NCBI RefSeq assembly: GCF_037042905.1
Contig: NC_087245.1
Location: 20,896,001-20,960,000 of the forward strand
Source of the DNA: Lytechinus pictus
Taxonomy: Eukaryota
Direction of reading: 5' to 3'
DNA length: 64,000 bases
Positions 1 through 14,403 of the stretch are shown here, in pieces. The position numbers and the translations under genes are program-made. A model generated the notes under the pieces. That model worked only from the letters and a program-made list of their open reading frames with translations. It was not told where the DNA came from and searched no databases. Positions within the stretch are counted from its first letter, which is position 1. The number at the start of each line of letters is the position of its first letter.

Positions 1-1223
1 TAAGAAATCTCAGTGCCGCGCAACGTGTGAAATTTAAGGGGAAAAAATGTAGTGATGTGGAGAAGAGATGCCCGACCCTGTCTGTTCCTTGAGCTGGTGA
101 AGAAGTTAAGATAGGAAGAAAATTGGCTTGAAATTGAACACATTACCATGTAGTGATTGGCATATAAAGTGAAGAATCATGGTAGTCCATGTTTAAGTGC
201 AGAAACCAATTGGTTCACATCAAGGAGTAGAGGAAAGAGTCACATATTCATGCAGTCTCAAATGATGATGTCGAGTAGTATTTGTTCTAAAAGTGTTCTT
301 CACTCTTTTCTTGAGATTGTGTAATTTTTGGATTGATGCATATCTTGTGATCCTATAGTGTAAACATATTGGGGTTTTAACAAACTGAAAGTCTCCAAAC
401 CAAACAAGAATTTTAGTTCAAACTTTTCTGGGATTCATCTATAACCTCTTTCATATTCATTACTAAGATGTTTACCATATAATTCAGTCCATCTCTACTT
501 ATATTATGCTATTCTCATTTCACAACACAATTATCTTTATGGACAACTTTTTGCCGCAGGATTAAAATATTTTTTTTTACACGGTGAATGAAATAGTAAT
601 GTGGCACTCCATTTAAAGTGTGGTCTTGGTTTAGAGTTTAACCAAACCATTTCCACAGACAATTATTTTTCCTGTGTTCGGAGGCTACTCTTCACAACTT
701 ACTGCCTAAATCTGCAACATTAGATATGCGTTAACATTGCAATGAATGGGGATTTCCAAGGCTCTTTTTTTCAGGGCTCTTGTGAGAGGGGGGGGGGGCT
801 AAATTTAATCACCCAAGCCCCTCTGTAATTGTTTTCCCCCTGCATTGCTATGAAGATACCACTCATTGTTTGTACTGATTCACATGCAAGGAAGTGTAGC
901 AGTCATCACAATGTGTTCATATCTTGATGAGATGTATACCTTATCACTTGACTTACAATCGTTCTTTCTTTTGTGTAAAAATAGCAGTACTGTGATGTTA
1001 CATGTACACGTTGGGTTTCTTTTCTAGGCCCAAATTGACATACATGTATCAAAATCCTTAGACTTGATTTCTAATAGCTGTAAACTGATTATATGCAGTC
1101 CTGCTCGGTCACTCATGTGTGTGTATAATGTATCCCAGGCTATTCATCCATAGTTGAAGTAGGCCATTTGCCTCCAAAGTACACCGTATTCTTGAAAGCA
1201 TGCATATCCAAGTCTAGCACATG

Positions 1224-1442
1224 CACTCTAAAACAAATCAGTAAAAATGACTGGTTAATAGGGTCAGCTGGTGCAACTGTTATTTTTTTTCTAGTCATAT
1301 TTGACTATTTTCTAGTTGTGTTTTACTAAAACAGAGTTATTTCTGACTAGAATATATGTCAGAAATGTAATTTTCAGTGATTGCCATATCAGTTGCACCT
1401 AGCTGACTGTCTAGTCAATTTGACTGATTTGTTTTAAGAGTG
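1224..1442. mobile_element. Non-autonomous CACTA/EnSpm-like MITE
   Basis: Termini CACTCTAAAACAAATCAGT ... ACTGATTTGTTTTAAGAGTG are inverted. There is an inner inverted pair GTCAGCTGGTGCAACTG / CAGTTGCACCTAGCTGAC. The 2-bp TSD is TG (1222-1223 and 1443-1444). Confidence 0.75.
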
Positions 1443-3149
1443 TGGTTTGTAAACTGACCTTTGATAAAATCATTTAAAATGCAATTACCCTCATCATTAA
1501 ATTTGTGATATAATTTTGGTATACTTTTTAAATAGATTTTCAATTGACCCCCCCTCCCAGAATACTAACATAATACAAACATGTATGTAAAATGAACATA
1601 TGACATGTACATGTAGATGTAAATGTTACAAAATGCTTCTGTATACAATGGAATAAGAAGATTGTTTTTCAAATCATTTTTTTTCAGAAAAAAAAATGTT
1701 TAGAGCACTTAAATGATAAAATTACCTGTATTATTGGTAGAATTAAAGCAAGATTAGCAATAAATACATCAAAAGAAAAGTGCTAATATCATCCCTTCAG
1801 AACTATTCAAACACACAATAATAAAGGCTATGTGATTAATTCATAGGCATTCCTATGTTACATTTTGATTATACAGCGCCTCACACCTTTCTCTCTGGTG
1901 TATACTACTTGAATGGAAGACAGAATAATGTTACAGCCTGAATGGTTTTCAAATTAGCCAGATAACAGTGCACCGATGCTATACTGATGTTGTACCCAGT
2001 TGTTTAATGACCTTTAAAGAGCATGAAGGACAAAGGAAGTTGATGTGTAATGCAGGAAAAAGAACATCCAAATACATAATGATACCCTCGTCTGTTGAGG
2101 GTTTATCTCAAGAACATTGACTTTGTGCTTGGTGAGCCGTTATTGCTGTTGAGGAGACCTGCATCACTAAGCCGATGCCCAATATCAGATGAAAGAATTC
2201 TGTTTCAATTTTACTCTTGACCAATCAAATGATACTAATATAGTTGTTTAGAAGAGAAGCCTTCATCATGCTATTGATATCAAGTTCTGACGTATAACCA
2301 TTGTAATTGTGCTGAATGCTATTATATGAATTGAGAGTATGTTATACAGGTTTTGAGAATATGGCTCATGTTGGTACCATACCTCAGAAATACACTGTAA
2401 TTGTCAGTAAAAATAAGATCTCACTAAAATAGTTATTTTGTCCATCACAAGCTGTGAAGTCACTTTTAATTAAAACACAACAAAGGCAGAGGTAATGACA
2501 TTCCCCGGATCTATTTGTCTCTTGATAATATCTATCCTTGACACTGAACTATCAGGAAATGACCTGAAAGCATTGTGTTGTTAATTAACATAGAGCTTAA
2601 CTTTCTGGAGAAAACTGAAATTCCATCCAGAAAAGGAGAAAACTACAGGAATGAATGTCATAACAATTTAGACTTGTTCCTTTTTTTTAACATAATGATG
2701 TCTCTAAACTATGGGTATGTGCAAATGCAGCAAATAATCCATACATCAAAGCCCATACTGTCTGCAAGGTCCTGTAAAGTTTCAGTTTGTGCATAATTAT
2801 CGCCAGTATGCAAAATGCTGGCTTTGTCCGGGCAGCAATTATACCAGGGTCTCTTGAATGGTGCATGTATAAACAATTGCTTTGGTTTGGTGATTAGATT
2901 TTATTCCTTTCTTGTCCGGCAATTAGAATTTGATTAGTTGGACGAACGAGGGCTGGTTGTGGGTTTGAATCAAACATCGATGCAAAAGTGTTGTTTTGTG
3001 AATAAATGAGTGAATGGAAGGGGAATGTTACAACAAAATGGGACAGATAATCAAGCAATTTCATTGTCTGTTTCAAGTATTACTAATTAGAGAGAGAGCA
3101 TTGCTGGTTATGGCTTTTATAAATAAATCACTCTGATTTTTCTTCATTT

Positions 3150-3480
<331 letters not shown>

Positions 3481-5199
3481 TAAGTAGTATTTCCGTTGAT
3501 ATGACAACTAATGCTACTTTCAACTTTACCGCTGCTATGTCTTCATCTTCTACTTGAAAAAATAACTTCAATTGCACCCATGATGTTTTTGTAACTGCAT
3601 CATTTTAATAGCCATCCTAGCTTGTAGTTCTTCTTTACCACTCCAGTAATGAATGAGCTCATTGATTGATATTCATATCTTGAAGTATTAGTTGCCATAG
3701 TTTCTCTATAAACATTTTTTTTATGTGGTGGCTCTTTAAATGTTATCCTTGGAAAAATTCTTCTTTATCATTTCCCAGTATGCATTGTAATTCATTTGTG
3801 TATTGTTTTAATGATTTAAAAAAAATCCCCATTGAAAATTTTGGTGTAATGAGCTGAACAATTTCTTTGAAAATGAAAAAATTAAAAGAAAGTGTAGCAA
3901 TATAAAAAAAAAAAAAACAATTTGAAATCCCATAAATACATATATATGGATCTGTGTATCTTTTTAGTAACAAATACAGAATTCAATGAATTATTAACCT
4001 TCAAACCATAATTCAATAGGGTAACCATTAATCCTGCCTTCACATAATACCAGAGGAGTGGGAAATTCCATTTGTAGAGAATTCTCTTCCAACCTTGCAT
4101 TTGAATGATTGCAGATTATAAACAAGAAAGCAGCTTTGACTTTGAGGGCAGAATTACAGAATATTGTACAAGGATGTTAAGCCAGCTTTGTTAAAGCATT
4201 GGTGTTAGAGCATTAGTGACCAGCATACACATAGATTGTATTTTCTTATCTAGGAGTCTACGTTGGACCCCTGGAGAATGATGTGAAAGTTTGGTGATAA
4301 AAGAAAAATGATCAGGGTAAACTGTCCATTCCCCTAAGATTACTTATTTGAATTCACACAATGTACAAGGATCTTTATGGATATGAATAGGACGATGGAT
4401 TATGCAAAATTAATGAACTGGAATGATCTTAAACTTGCGGCTGGAGATAGGATCATTGTATAAGTTGTAATTGCCATTTTGATGACTGGAAATGTAGAAT
4501 AAGATTAGATGTGAATGTAATTTCAATATATTGGACTGTTCTACATTTTTATAGTATTGTTCAGAAAATTACTTTGGTGTAGCTTGCATTATATTCATTT
4601 TAAAAACAATTATTTCAACTACATTTGCGACTCCTACATCACTGGAGAGGAAACCCCCAAAACAATAAGGCATATATACTGAAGAGTTTGTTGATTGTCT
4701 TTGAAATCAATATGGCCATGAAGATGTTTCCTCTTTCAACAGCACATAATTGGTTATTTGTCAATTAATTATATGCTGTACTAGTTACTGTGTCACAATG
4801 TATTTAATTGACTCTGACATGGATAGCATTCATTGAATGTATTGTACCTGTTTGTATGTTCTTCGTGATTGGTATGTACATGTATCTACCCCACAAGCAT
4901 GGAAACTTATGTATTATGTGTAGTTGTGTTTAAACTATATATAGATGGCAATATACTGCATTTTCATACCAAAATGAATTAGAAGACTAGCCTTTCTTTC
5001 AGGAAAGAGTCCAAGTGTAAATGCTGATTACTCTGAATGCTTGCTCTTCAGGTCTTTTTCTTCTTCAGTGGAGAAGAAAAAAGTAGGCAGCATAAGAAAT
5101 TGCGGCCTGTTACTAGCCTTCTTATTGAAGCTGTGGGCATGAAAATAAGCAATTGCTTGTAAGGAAACCTTCTACTAGCCAAGGTTAGATGGTATATAC

Positions 5200-6447
5200 C
5201 AGGGGTTCTCAATAGGTGGCGCGCGCGCCACTTGTGGCGCACCGAGCCTTGCGGAGTGGCGCTTGGGAGCCGGTATAAAGAATAAAGGAAAAATAAGGGA
5301 GAAAAAATGTATCTACCAGTAACCTGGCAATAAGGTTTTGGTGATCATTTTAATACAAAGAGAAAACAAAAACTCTTTACTTGACACTTAATTGCTAATT
5401 GATTTCCTCAAATTTTGTCCAATTTAGCACTCGATAACCCCTATTATGGAGGATCGATGGTGTTCTCCTTTTTATTTATTCTATGCTGTACAAAGTTTAT
5501 GTGCCACACAAGTGATTTGAAACCCCGTTTGTAGGATTTCTATTTCAACGGCGAGAAATTTTGCATTTCCAGAGTATACGTTTTGGTTACGAGTTAAACA
5601 TCAAATGATATGATATTCAAAGAACATCCTTATCATAAAAGATTATGAATTTGGGACATATCAAGCAGAAACTTTGTTTCCGAAGCCGATTAAAATCCGA
5701 TGTTGTAAAAGTGAAATAAATGTATGCTCAGATGCATTGTCTGCCGTGATTGCCTGCATGCACTCTTGCTTATTAACATGAACTGAATGAATGATACTGC
5801 ACGTGAGTTATAGAGAGAGAGGGGCAGTTGGGGCGTTAGTGCAGTGCAACGCCTAATTTTCAGCCCTTGCAAAATCGGGGAACGTAGCTTGAACCACTGG
5901 CGTACAGATGGGGGGGTGGCGATTGGGGGGCCCAAGTGTTTCATGGCCAAGAAAAAAAAGGAGAAAGGGAAAGAAAAGGAAAGGGAAAGAGTGGAATATT
6001 GTATTATTTTCTTAATATTATGTCAAAATATAGATATTTGTATTGCAAAGTTCAATATTTTTGCTTCAGCTGCCATATCTAGCCCCCTCATTTTTTTTTT
6101 ACTCATTACGCCACTTGCTTCAGCCAATATATCTGGGGCAGAACAGTCTGAACTAGTGGTATCATTGGTATGTTGTGAAAAAGTAACTGGTCATTTTTCT
6201 TTTAATATTGATATTGTGTAGTTTGTTGGCATTTGTATTTCTTCTGTTGATATTAATTAGAGCCCCTCTGGGCAATTTAAAATGCCTCATATTCCAAAAC
6301 GTCTGGGGGCTCTGCCCCCTCGACCCCCACCAGGGGCCTCTGAACCCCCTCCGCTGATACATTGCTGGTTTGCGCAATGGACAGTGGAGCATTACAGATT
6401 CTCAACATGAAATGTGGCGCTTCAAAAAAAGTAATTGAGAATGGCTG
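5200..6447. mobile_element. Non-autonomous hAT element (~1.25 kb)
   Basis: Imperfect TIRs CAGGGGTTCTCAAT / ATTGAGAATGGCTG and a perfect 8-bp TSD GTATATAC (5192-5199 and 6448-6455). Subterminal GTGGCGC motifs occur at both ends. A nested MITE-like left end (CACTGGCGTA) lies near 5896. No transposase is present. Confidence 0.85.
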
Positions 6448-9400
6448 GTATATACCTTTGATTGTGCATGTGTGCAGTGGCATAACTACAAAAACGCCAG
6501 AGAGAGCATTTTATCTTCAGTTCAACAGTGTAGTAATGTTGTTGTTCAAACCAATAGTAAATGCTTGCTCAGCCTTTTGCTTGCCTGATCTCATATTCTA
6601 TTTCCATGGCACTAGGTTTAGTTTTGACGTAATATTTGTGCCCACTTCTAGAGTAAAATGTCCTTCTTTTAGCCTATTATTGAACTTTTGAAAATTGTGC
6701 TATTAATTTACTTTTCATAGTCAAAATTGAATCAATGATATTTTTTCTCAATTTATTACCTGTTCTACATATAAGTATAATTATGGCCTTTAGATACAAT
6801 ACTCCAACATGTACAAAATCTGAAGTTAAATATGACCTAATTAAAAAAAGCAAGGGTAAATGTAGGTGTTATGCATCATATTACCTTCAAGAGTACTTAT
6901 TTAAATGATCAATATTAAAGCATTTAAATGTACCTCTCTTTAATAGTACATACTGCAAAGCTCCTATGCCTAAAACGAAAGAAAATTACAAGCAAAATAT
7001 GCCAGCCCATTGCATTAAAAGAGCTGTCAAAAATACATACACCTATCAAATTACGAAAACATGCAGCTATGAGAAAGTGGAATCTGGTCTTTGAAATCAC
7101 AAAGCCCAAATTTACTTTATTTTTCACATAAGGAGATAAAAGTTCTTACCAAAAGCACCTGCTCAATGTAAAATATTCAGGAATTGTTGCCAATCTGAAT
7201 GACCCTACGCAAAATTGAAAAGACCGCTGGTGACAGGCCTTTCAATGTCTATTTATTATTCAGAACCATTCATATCACCAAATCCAAAGCTTTGGGAAGG
7301 AGGATGTGTGGCACATAAAGGAACCAAAGAAAGGTTTTTTTTCTGAAATCACTGGGAATATCTATTTCACTTTTGTAAACTTGTGAATTACAGTGTATTT
7401 TCAATCAACTGTCTTCAATGATATGAAATCAGAGCATAGATTGATTGTCTATCCAATTCATTCATCTTGCTTTGTTGTAAACAGTATCATGTACTTTGTT
7501 CTCTTGCTCTGCCCCTTCTCCCCCCCCCCCAAATATATATACTAGACCTGAAAGCTCATAGATACATTTTGCATTATTTCATTTAGTCTTACACATCCAT
7601 GTTATTCAGCATAGTATTTTATCAGATGTTTTATAAAATAAAAAGAGTGCAATTATTTATTCATTGATTATGTTGCTAGTATGTAATTAATTTGATTGAT
7701 TGATTAAAAAATTATTCTTAAATTTTGAAGAAATGTTTCTTTCAACTTTTATGATGCAGTATACATACAAATATAACATTCCATTGTTTTCCAGTTTAGA
7801 AATAATTAATCATTCACAATATATTTTTTTAAACATTAAAAACAAGTTTTTGTGTTAATTTCCTGTACATGAACTTACCATTATGATTTTTTTTTCTTTA
7901 ATCTATTTTCTGTTTCTCTAATTGTACCATGCAGATGTAGTATACTTTACAGAAAGACTGAACCCGGTTGGTATACTACCAATAATCATTTATAAAGTTT
8001 AGTCCTTGTCATGAAATTGAAATTGTGGGAAATGTCAATTGGATAAGAAGTAATAGTTTCAAGATTTTGCAATACCCAAATCGTATGAAATGGATCATTT
8101 TCTCCTGATTGCATAATATGCACATGGGGGGGGGGGGTCATATTGAAATGTGAAGGCATTTGAATAGCTATCCCATGATGCACCTATTGACTACAGTCTT
8201 CCCTTAATATAATTGGAAATAGTAAAATGAGTGTCTTACATTTTTTTTAACTTACTCTAAATGTAATAGAGAGCAGAAAACTTTCTACATTTCCATGTAC
8301 TTAAGAAGTTTTCACAACAATTCTATTTTTTTCTCACACAGATGTTACCTATTATGCCAGCTGAAAATCAAATGTGTCATGTATTGAAGATTGTTATTGA
8401 TGCAGCGTTAGTATGTGTGGATCATGTATTGTCATTTTGCTCCCTGAAGCCAATACATATTCCAAATTCACACAAAGATATTTCTACCACATTATATTAT
8501 TTTTTCTACCGGCTAAAGCTCATTTGCGCTCAACCGAGAACAAGAAAATCAAATGTGTTATTGAAATTTTTTATTGTATTTACATGAATGAGATATTAAT
8601 GATAGCAGGTGGTCTTTGTCATATGCCTCATAATATTTGTACTTCGTCTGGGGGTATTGGAATCGTATATGAATATTGCTTGTTCTATATCTTTTCATTG
8701 GCTTGGTCCATCCTTACCCTCTTAACTTGCACAGGATTATGGAGTGCCACGAGTGTCATATCTAGCAGACTTGAGTGCTATATGATAACCCACTATTTGT
8801 TATTTTGATGCTAGTTTTCACTCCTGTACAAGCAGTTATGTCAACCTAAATAAGGAACTTGGGGACTTGAATGTATTCATCCAGTCTATGGAACCTTTAA
8901 CATGTTCCTTTTACTGTGGGAATAGTTGCATGTGTGTGTTGTTTTGTTCACTGTAGCTAACCGAAGCATGATAGGGTAGAAGACACCTGTAATATAATTT
9001 AGGCTGCGTTCCAGCAACAACTTTTGTCAGGTTTAGGTTTTCAAAGATGTTAAGTAACCATCGTATAATCATGATTATATTTAAGTGATTTGTTGTCATT
9101 TATAATGCAAGACATGTAACACTGATAAAGATGCTCTGACAGTTTTGAAATACCATTTTTTTTGCTCTGACGGTTTGCTAAATTTTGATTAAATGCTACT
9201 GACTTCTCAATCATGATTAAACCTGATGACGGTCTGCGTAAGAGTTTTCATTGACTGACAACCATTCATATTATATTCATTGTTAAAGTTTGAACTGTAA
9301 TGTGTTTTTTGTTATCCTTGTGCATGCCTTGAGTATCTGATTAAGATGGAAAACTGCGCTAAATAATAAAACTTCTGTTACTGAAGTGGCCTACTTCTTG

Positions 9401-11410
9401 TTCAGCATTGTATTCACTTCAGGTTTATACTTTTTGTGTTAAGCTTCACAGTAGGTTGAGTAGTGGAATATCTTGATATGAAGAATAATCCTGATTTATT
9501 AAAAATCGCTTGAATGCTCTACCGCAGTAACCATGTTTGAGTTGTGATTAGCAATTGTGATTCAGGCTTAATAAAATTGCTTGAATGCACCCTAAGTGTA
9601 GTATCTCTTCTTGGCTCATTGGATACAAACTTTTGTCAGTGTTCAAGGCAGAGCAATGACTTGATCATCAAGAATGTCTGCTATAGTGAGCAGAAGATGC
9701 AATGAGTACGATAAAAATACCCTTATAAGCATACATTAATAAGTCCAGATGTTTGCTTCATTATGTGGTGAACATCACATTGAATTATCTGAAGAGCTTA
9801 TGCACTTCCAAAAGGAATTCACAAAGAATTCAATTTTTTCGGGCAAACTTTGGTTTGTGCAACTTGAGGTGTTAAATAAAGCTTTTTGTATTGTTATGAA
9901 TAATTTTAGGATTAACGAGAGTATGGAGTACCAAATATTATGCTCTATTTTGGGAGTATATGTCAAATAATGATTAATTCTTTACCAAGTCACTTTCACG
10001 TGCATCAGTATACTTCACTTCTTGCCTTTGGTTCAGATCAAGTCTAGAGATGTTTATCAGATTATAGCACTCATAATTTCTAGTTTTGCTGTTAAGTAGG
10101 CTCTAATGATCATTCAACCAGACTAAGAAAGCATGAATACATCAATGTCTTGAAGTATGGAGCAAAAAAATCCCCAAAATGAAGGGATGAGGTTCCCTCC
10201 TCGGACCCTTAAAGATTTACGTTGATCCCTTCTTAGTACTATGAAATATTAAACCGACTGTACATGTCTCTCTCCTTATTGGATACATCAGAGAAGTCAA
10301 GTCATCTGAAATCCAGTTTCAACTTGATTGTATACACATGAATATAGTATTATAGTGATACCTGCCTCCATAATACACCACAGCTTGTGAAATCACAATC
10401 AAATAAATTGAACTTGAGCCCAGAGGGTTATGCTTCTCAGACATTGTCTGTGCACATGGCCAGAAAGAAGCAATTGGAAAACATGCACTTGGAGTTTGGT
10501 CTGCGATGAAAATGGTCAAAGGGGATGGGGGTGGTTGAAAAATGGTAAAAGATCCTTAAAAGGATCAACTTGCAGGCAGTGCAGGCATGCCATTATTCCA
10601 CATACTTGCTAAAAAAATAACTCATCCTACTGTAAAATTTTCGATGTAGTATCCAAAGTAGCTTACATGTAGGCCTATAGTCAAAGATAATATATTGCAG
10701 AGGAATGTCTTTAAGACAAATGTTTCAAAATGATGGAAAAGATCAAGCAATTGTGTGCCCAAGCAAAATATTTACCATAATATATAGTACAATGTATGTG
10801 AGCGGGTGTTGCCTTTCACAGCATCAGGTTTAATTAAGAGTTAACTGCACAATATTTAGCTTATGTTAATTAAGAAACAATCAGAAAATATTCATATGGA
10901 GTGTGATGTTTGGTCTTAACAAGGCCAAATTCATCCTTAATGTAATATACATGTACTTGATTTGACTTAACACAAAAAAAAACCTAACAAAAAAAAACTC
11001 AAAGGAAGTACTAGTACAGAGAGATGCTAACACTATTGTAAGGTAAAGTGCCTAAGTCCTTATGACACCCAAAGGAAGATCTAATCATTTGCAATGGGAC
11101 AGAGCACATTCCTGTCATAACAAGCATGTTCATGTGTGTACACAACCTTGAGAGTGTTAGTGTAATCAATAACAGGTGTGACATGGTTGCTGAAAGAAAG
11201 ATAGTCTTCAGAGAAGAATATCCTCTGTAGAACTTTACAGAGATGTCAAGTTCAAAGACCAGCAATGCATGAGATATTCTGAGACTTGGCGTGAAGTCAC
11301 AGGCATTGCATATGATGTATATGGGGCTAGGCCATGATACAGGCGTTAGAAAGAGATTGGTGGGATGAGCAAGAGTCGCAAAGGTGGGAGTCTTGCGCAT
11401 GATGCGTGGG

Positions 11411-11631
11411 TTTCATGTCATTTGCTCCAGCGACAATTTTCTCTGCTGTAAATTCCACACCACAATGAAATGACCAAGCTCATACCGGGATTTAACACTA
11501 TACCCTATCCTAAACCTAACCCTAATTCTAACATAAAACCCTATTGCAACCCTCACCCAACATCTAGACGAAATAAAGTACGGAGCAGTTGTTGCTAGAA
11601 TCATGGACCTACTAGCAAATGTTGTGTCACC
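11411..11631. mobile_element. Short inverted-repeat element with telomere-like (CCTAAC/CCCTAA) core, possibly Helentron-associated (HINE/DINE-like)
   Basis: CATGTCATTTGCTCCAGCGACAATT is inverted against GGAGCAGTTGTTGCTAG..GCAAATGTTGTG. The centre is a degenerate CCCTATCCTAAACCTAACCCTAA array. Confidence 0.5.
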
Positions 11632-13184
11632 AATGTGTGACACTTGTTATGTCTGTAATCAAGTGTTTTCAGTTGAAGAGAATTCACAATTCTTCAACTC
11701 ACACATTTTAAACAAGTTTTATGAGATTGTGTGTAAAGGAGTCGTGTATCTCTTAAAAATTCTGTGATTGTCTTCCATTGAAATCTTCTCTTTTTTGAAT
11801 AACCTACATGTAAACAGCTAAAAATGCAAAATGTATCTACAGCCGATTTCTATACTTAAACTAGTGCATGATACATTTCAACATGTCCACATCTTCATGA
11901 GATATCAGTCATATGTGAACTGAACTGTATTTCAGATAATGTGACATGTCTGTTTTTACCTTCCAGGAATTCAGATAGTCTTATCTAATGTATAATGTGA
12001 AACGGATTCACTTATTCATGCCACCTGTTGATAATTTCAAATTGATTATTTTTTTAATTACACTGTTCATGGTTATTGATAGTGATATTAATTCAATTGA
12101 TAGCTATCATGTTCAGGGGAGATTGATGTGGCAAGTGTAATCATTCGAATGCATCAATAAGGAATTACCAAGACAATTTGCATAAAAGTTCACTTAATTC
12201 ATCAGATGATGCATGACCAATTAGCACCAACTTGTATTAATTATACTTGGGTAAAAATTGACACCTTTTCTTAAGCTATGTTTAGATGTATATCCTTATT
12301 TTTTAAAATTTTTAATGTTGATGTTCATTCTCATTTTTTTGATGATATATTGGAAGCTCACTATAAATGTTTTTAGTTGTCCTTGTTTAACAGTCATTGG
12401 TTTATTCGCTTTAATTGTACAGTAGTAATATAGCTTACACTCTAATGATTCAGGGTTTGAATTTATTTATCAGATAGCCTTTCTCTAGACTGCACAACTT
12501 TCCTGTCATTAATTTAAATGTTATGACTGATGAATCAAATTATATATTTTTTTTATGAATTCAGCACTCCTATCCTCTGATTCCCCCACACCTTAGCCCC
12601 CTCCCCACCATCAGTCTAGAGGTCATATCGTGACTTATTCTCTCAAATCTAGAGATAACGACCTTTTTTGCCCTAGTTTGTATCCCATTATTTCATTGGT
12701 TTAAGCTTCAGATGATTCCGTCATGTTAATTTGATATAAACTGTGTCCCTGGTTTATTTAAATTTTGCTGCTGTAAGAACATGAGGAAAGTAAAGCACCA
12801 TAGACTTCATGCAAGAATTTCCCTGACTACACTCATGTTAATGCAATCAGCTATTAAAGGGGGATGGGGAGTGGTTAAAAATATTCTTATCTGATTTGCC
12901 TTGTCTGTGTCTACTGATGAAAGCAACGTTTAGAGATAGAACAAATATTTGTTGGATTCCTGTTTGAAAATCACATTTTAGTCTCTGTTAAGATGAAAAC
13001 AATTCATCCTTAGTCTCTGTCTCTGCTAAGATTAAAACAATTAATCATCAATTTATAGTTTTTGATGTTCATGATGTTTGTAGTTTATGATGTTAGGGTC
13101 TATTTTCATGTTAAATGATGTTTAAATAATAACTGTAAAGCAGATTTTTTCTTTCAAAACTAAACAGGCCAACCCTGCAGTATA

Positions 13185-13310
13185 AAAATGAATAAAACAT
13201 ATTAAATAAGTAAATAAATCAATCAATCATTGAATAAATGAATAGATAAATAAATAGATGAGTAAATAAATAAAATAAATAAACAAATAGATAAATGAAT
13301 AATAAATCAA
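13185..13310 (+). repeat. Degenerate (AAAT)n microsatellite
   Basis: Visible AAAT/AGAT/GAAT repeats. Confidence 0.85.
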
Positions 13311-13731
13311 GTTTTAGAGACTTTCTATCAAAGTAACTGCTCACTGAGATTTCTCTAATTAGGCTTAACTTCACAAGTCATCATATTGTAATTCGGTTGT
13401 GAATAGGTGTTTATAATAGTGTTTATATGGATAACATTATTCATAGAACACTTTATGAAGAAATAGAATAGATCATGGACCTGTTGCATTTTAACTTGGT
13501 TGTTCCAAGATGAAAGTGTATGAAATACTAGGTTGAAAGGTAGCAGCAGCTCATTAGGGCACCAAGGAAAAAGAGTGGTTAACCGTGGAGGTAGAATGGA
13601 TAAAAAAATGTTCCTCCCTGAAAATTTGACGCCCCCCAAACACAAGGAAAAAAGAGGTCATTGCACTTTTAGGGATTGTTATAATAAACACCTTGCCGCC
13701 CCAACCCTGGTTGCCTGGTCCGCCACTGTTA

Positions 13732-14147
13732 AGGCCACCGCACACCTTACGACTGGTCTGCGACCCGATTTTATAATAAAATGTAATAGAATTTGATGCT
13801 AATATTGAGACTTGGAATATCTTACTGTGTAATGTTCGAAATCATCGTACGAATACCTATGATCAAATTTGTGACTATGCTATCATCCTTCTTAGAATAA
13901 AAGCGAATTTAATATCTAGTCGTAATGACGTCATAGTAGTCTTACGATTGGCTACGATTTGAACCTAATTTGGACTTTACTCCAAAATAAGGGCTTGCAA
14001 TCTTTCAAAATTGTTATAATATTATTATTTCAATTAATTTCAACCTCAAATAAAATGATATGTTCCATTCACATCTTCGGAAAATGAGCAAAATGCGATT
14101 TTTTCCTAAATCGGGTCGCAGACCAGTCGTAAGGTGTGCGGTCGCCT
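13732..14147. mobile_element. PIF/Harbinger-type MITE
   Basis: ~40-bp near-perfect TIR AGGCCACCGCACACCTTACGACTGGTCTGCGACCCGATTT / AAATCGGGTCGCAGACCAGTCGTAAGGTGTGCGGTCGCCT. The 3-bp TSD is TTA (13729-13731 and 14148-14150). Confidence 0.88.
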
Positions 14148-14403
14148 TTAAGGGGGCTGCATATCGAATAATGTAGAGTTTATTTTACTGAGGCATGACC
14201 AAACCAAAATCAACCACGTGAGAACACATCTGCCCCACTTCTAATTCCACAGAGTACATAGCGTTCCACTATCTAAACAGAGTGAGTGATTACAGCGTAG
14301 ACCCGTTTCCGTGTATTACTCAACCAAATCACGCTCAGTAGCTCTGAAGCCAAGCAGCTGCAATGCCCCATGAACATCGATCAACGAGATAACTCCAAGC
14401 CAG

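Noticed and set aside
9222..9272. Second hammerhead-like motif CTGATGA-CGGTC...GACTG-ACAA
   Set aside because: GAAA is absent and no stem I or III can be drawn, so it is probably chance.
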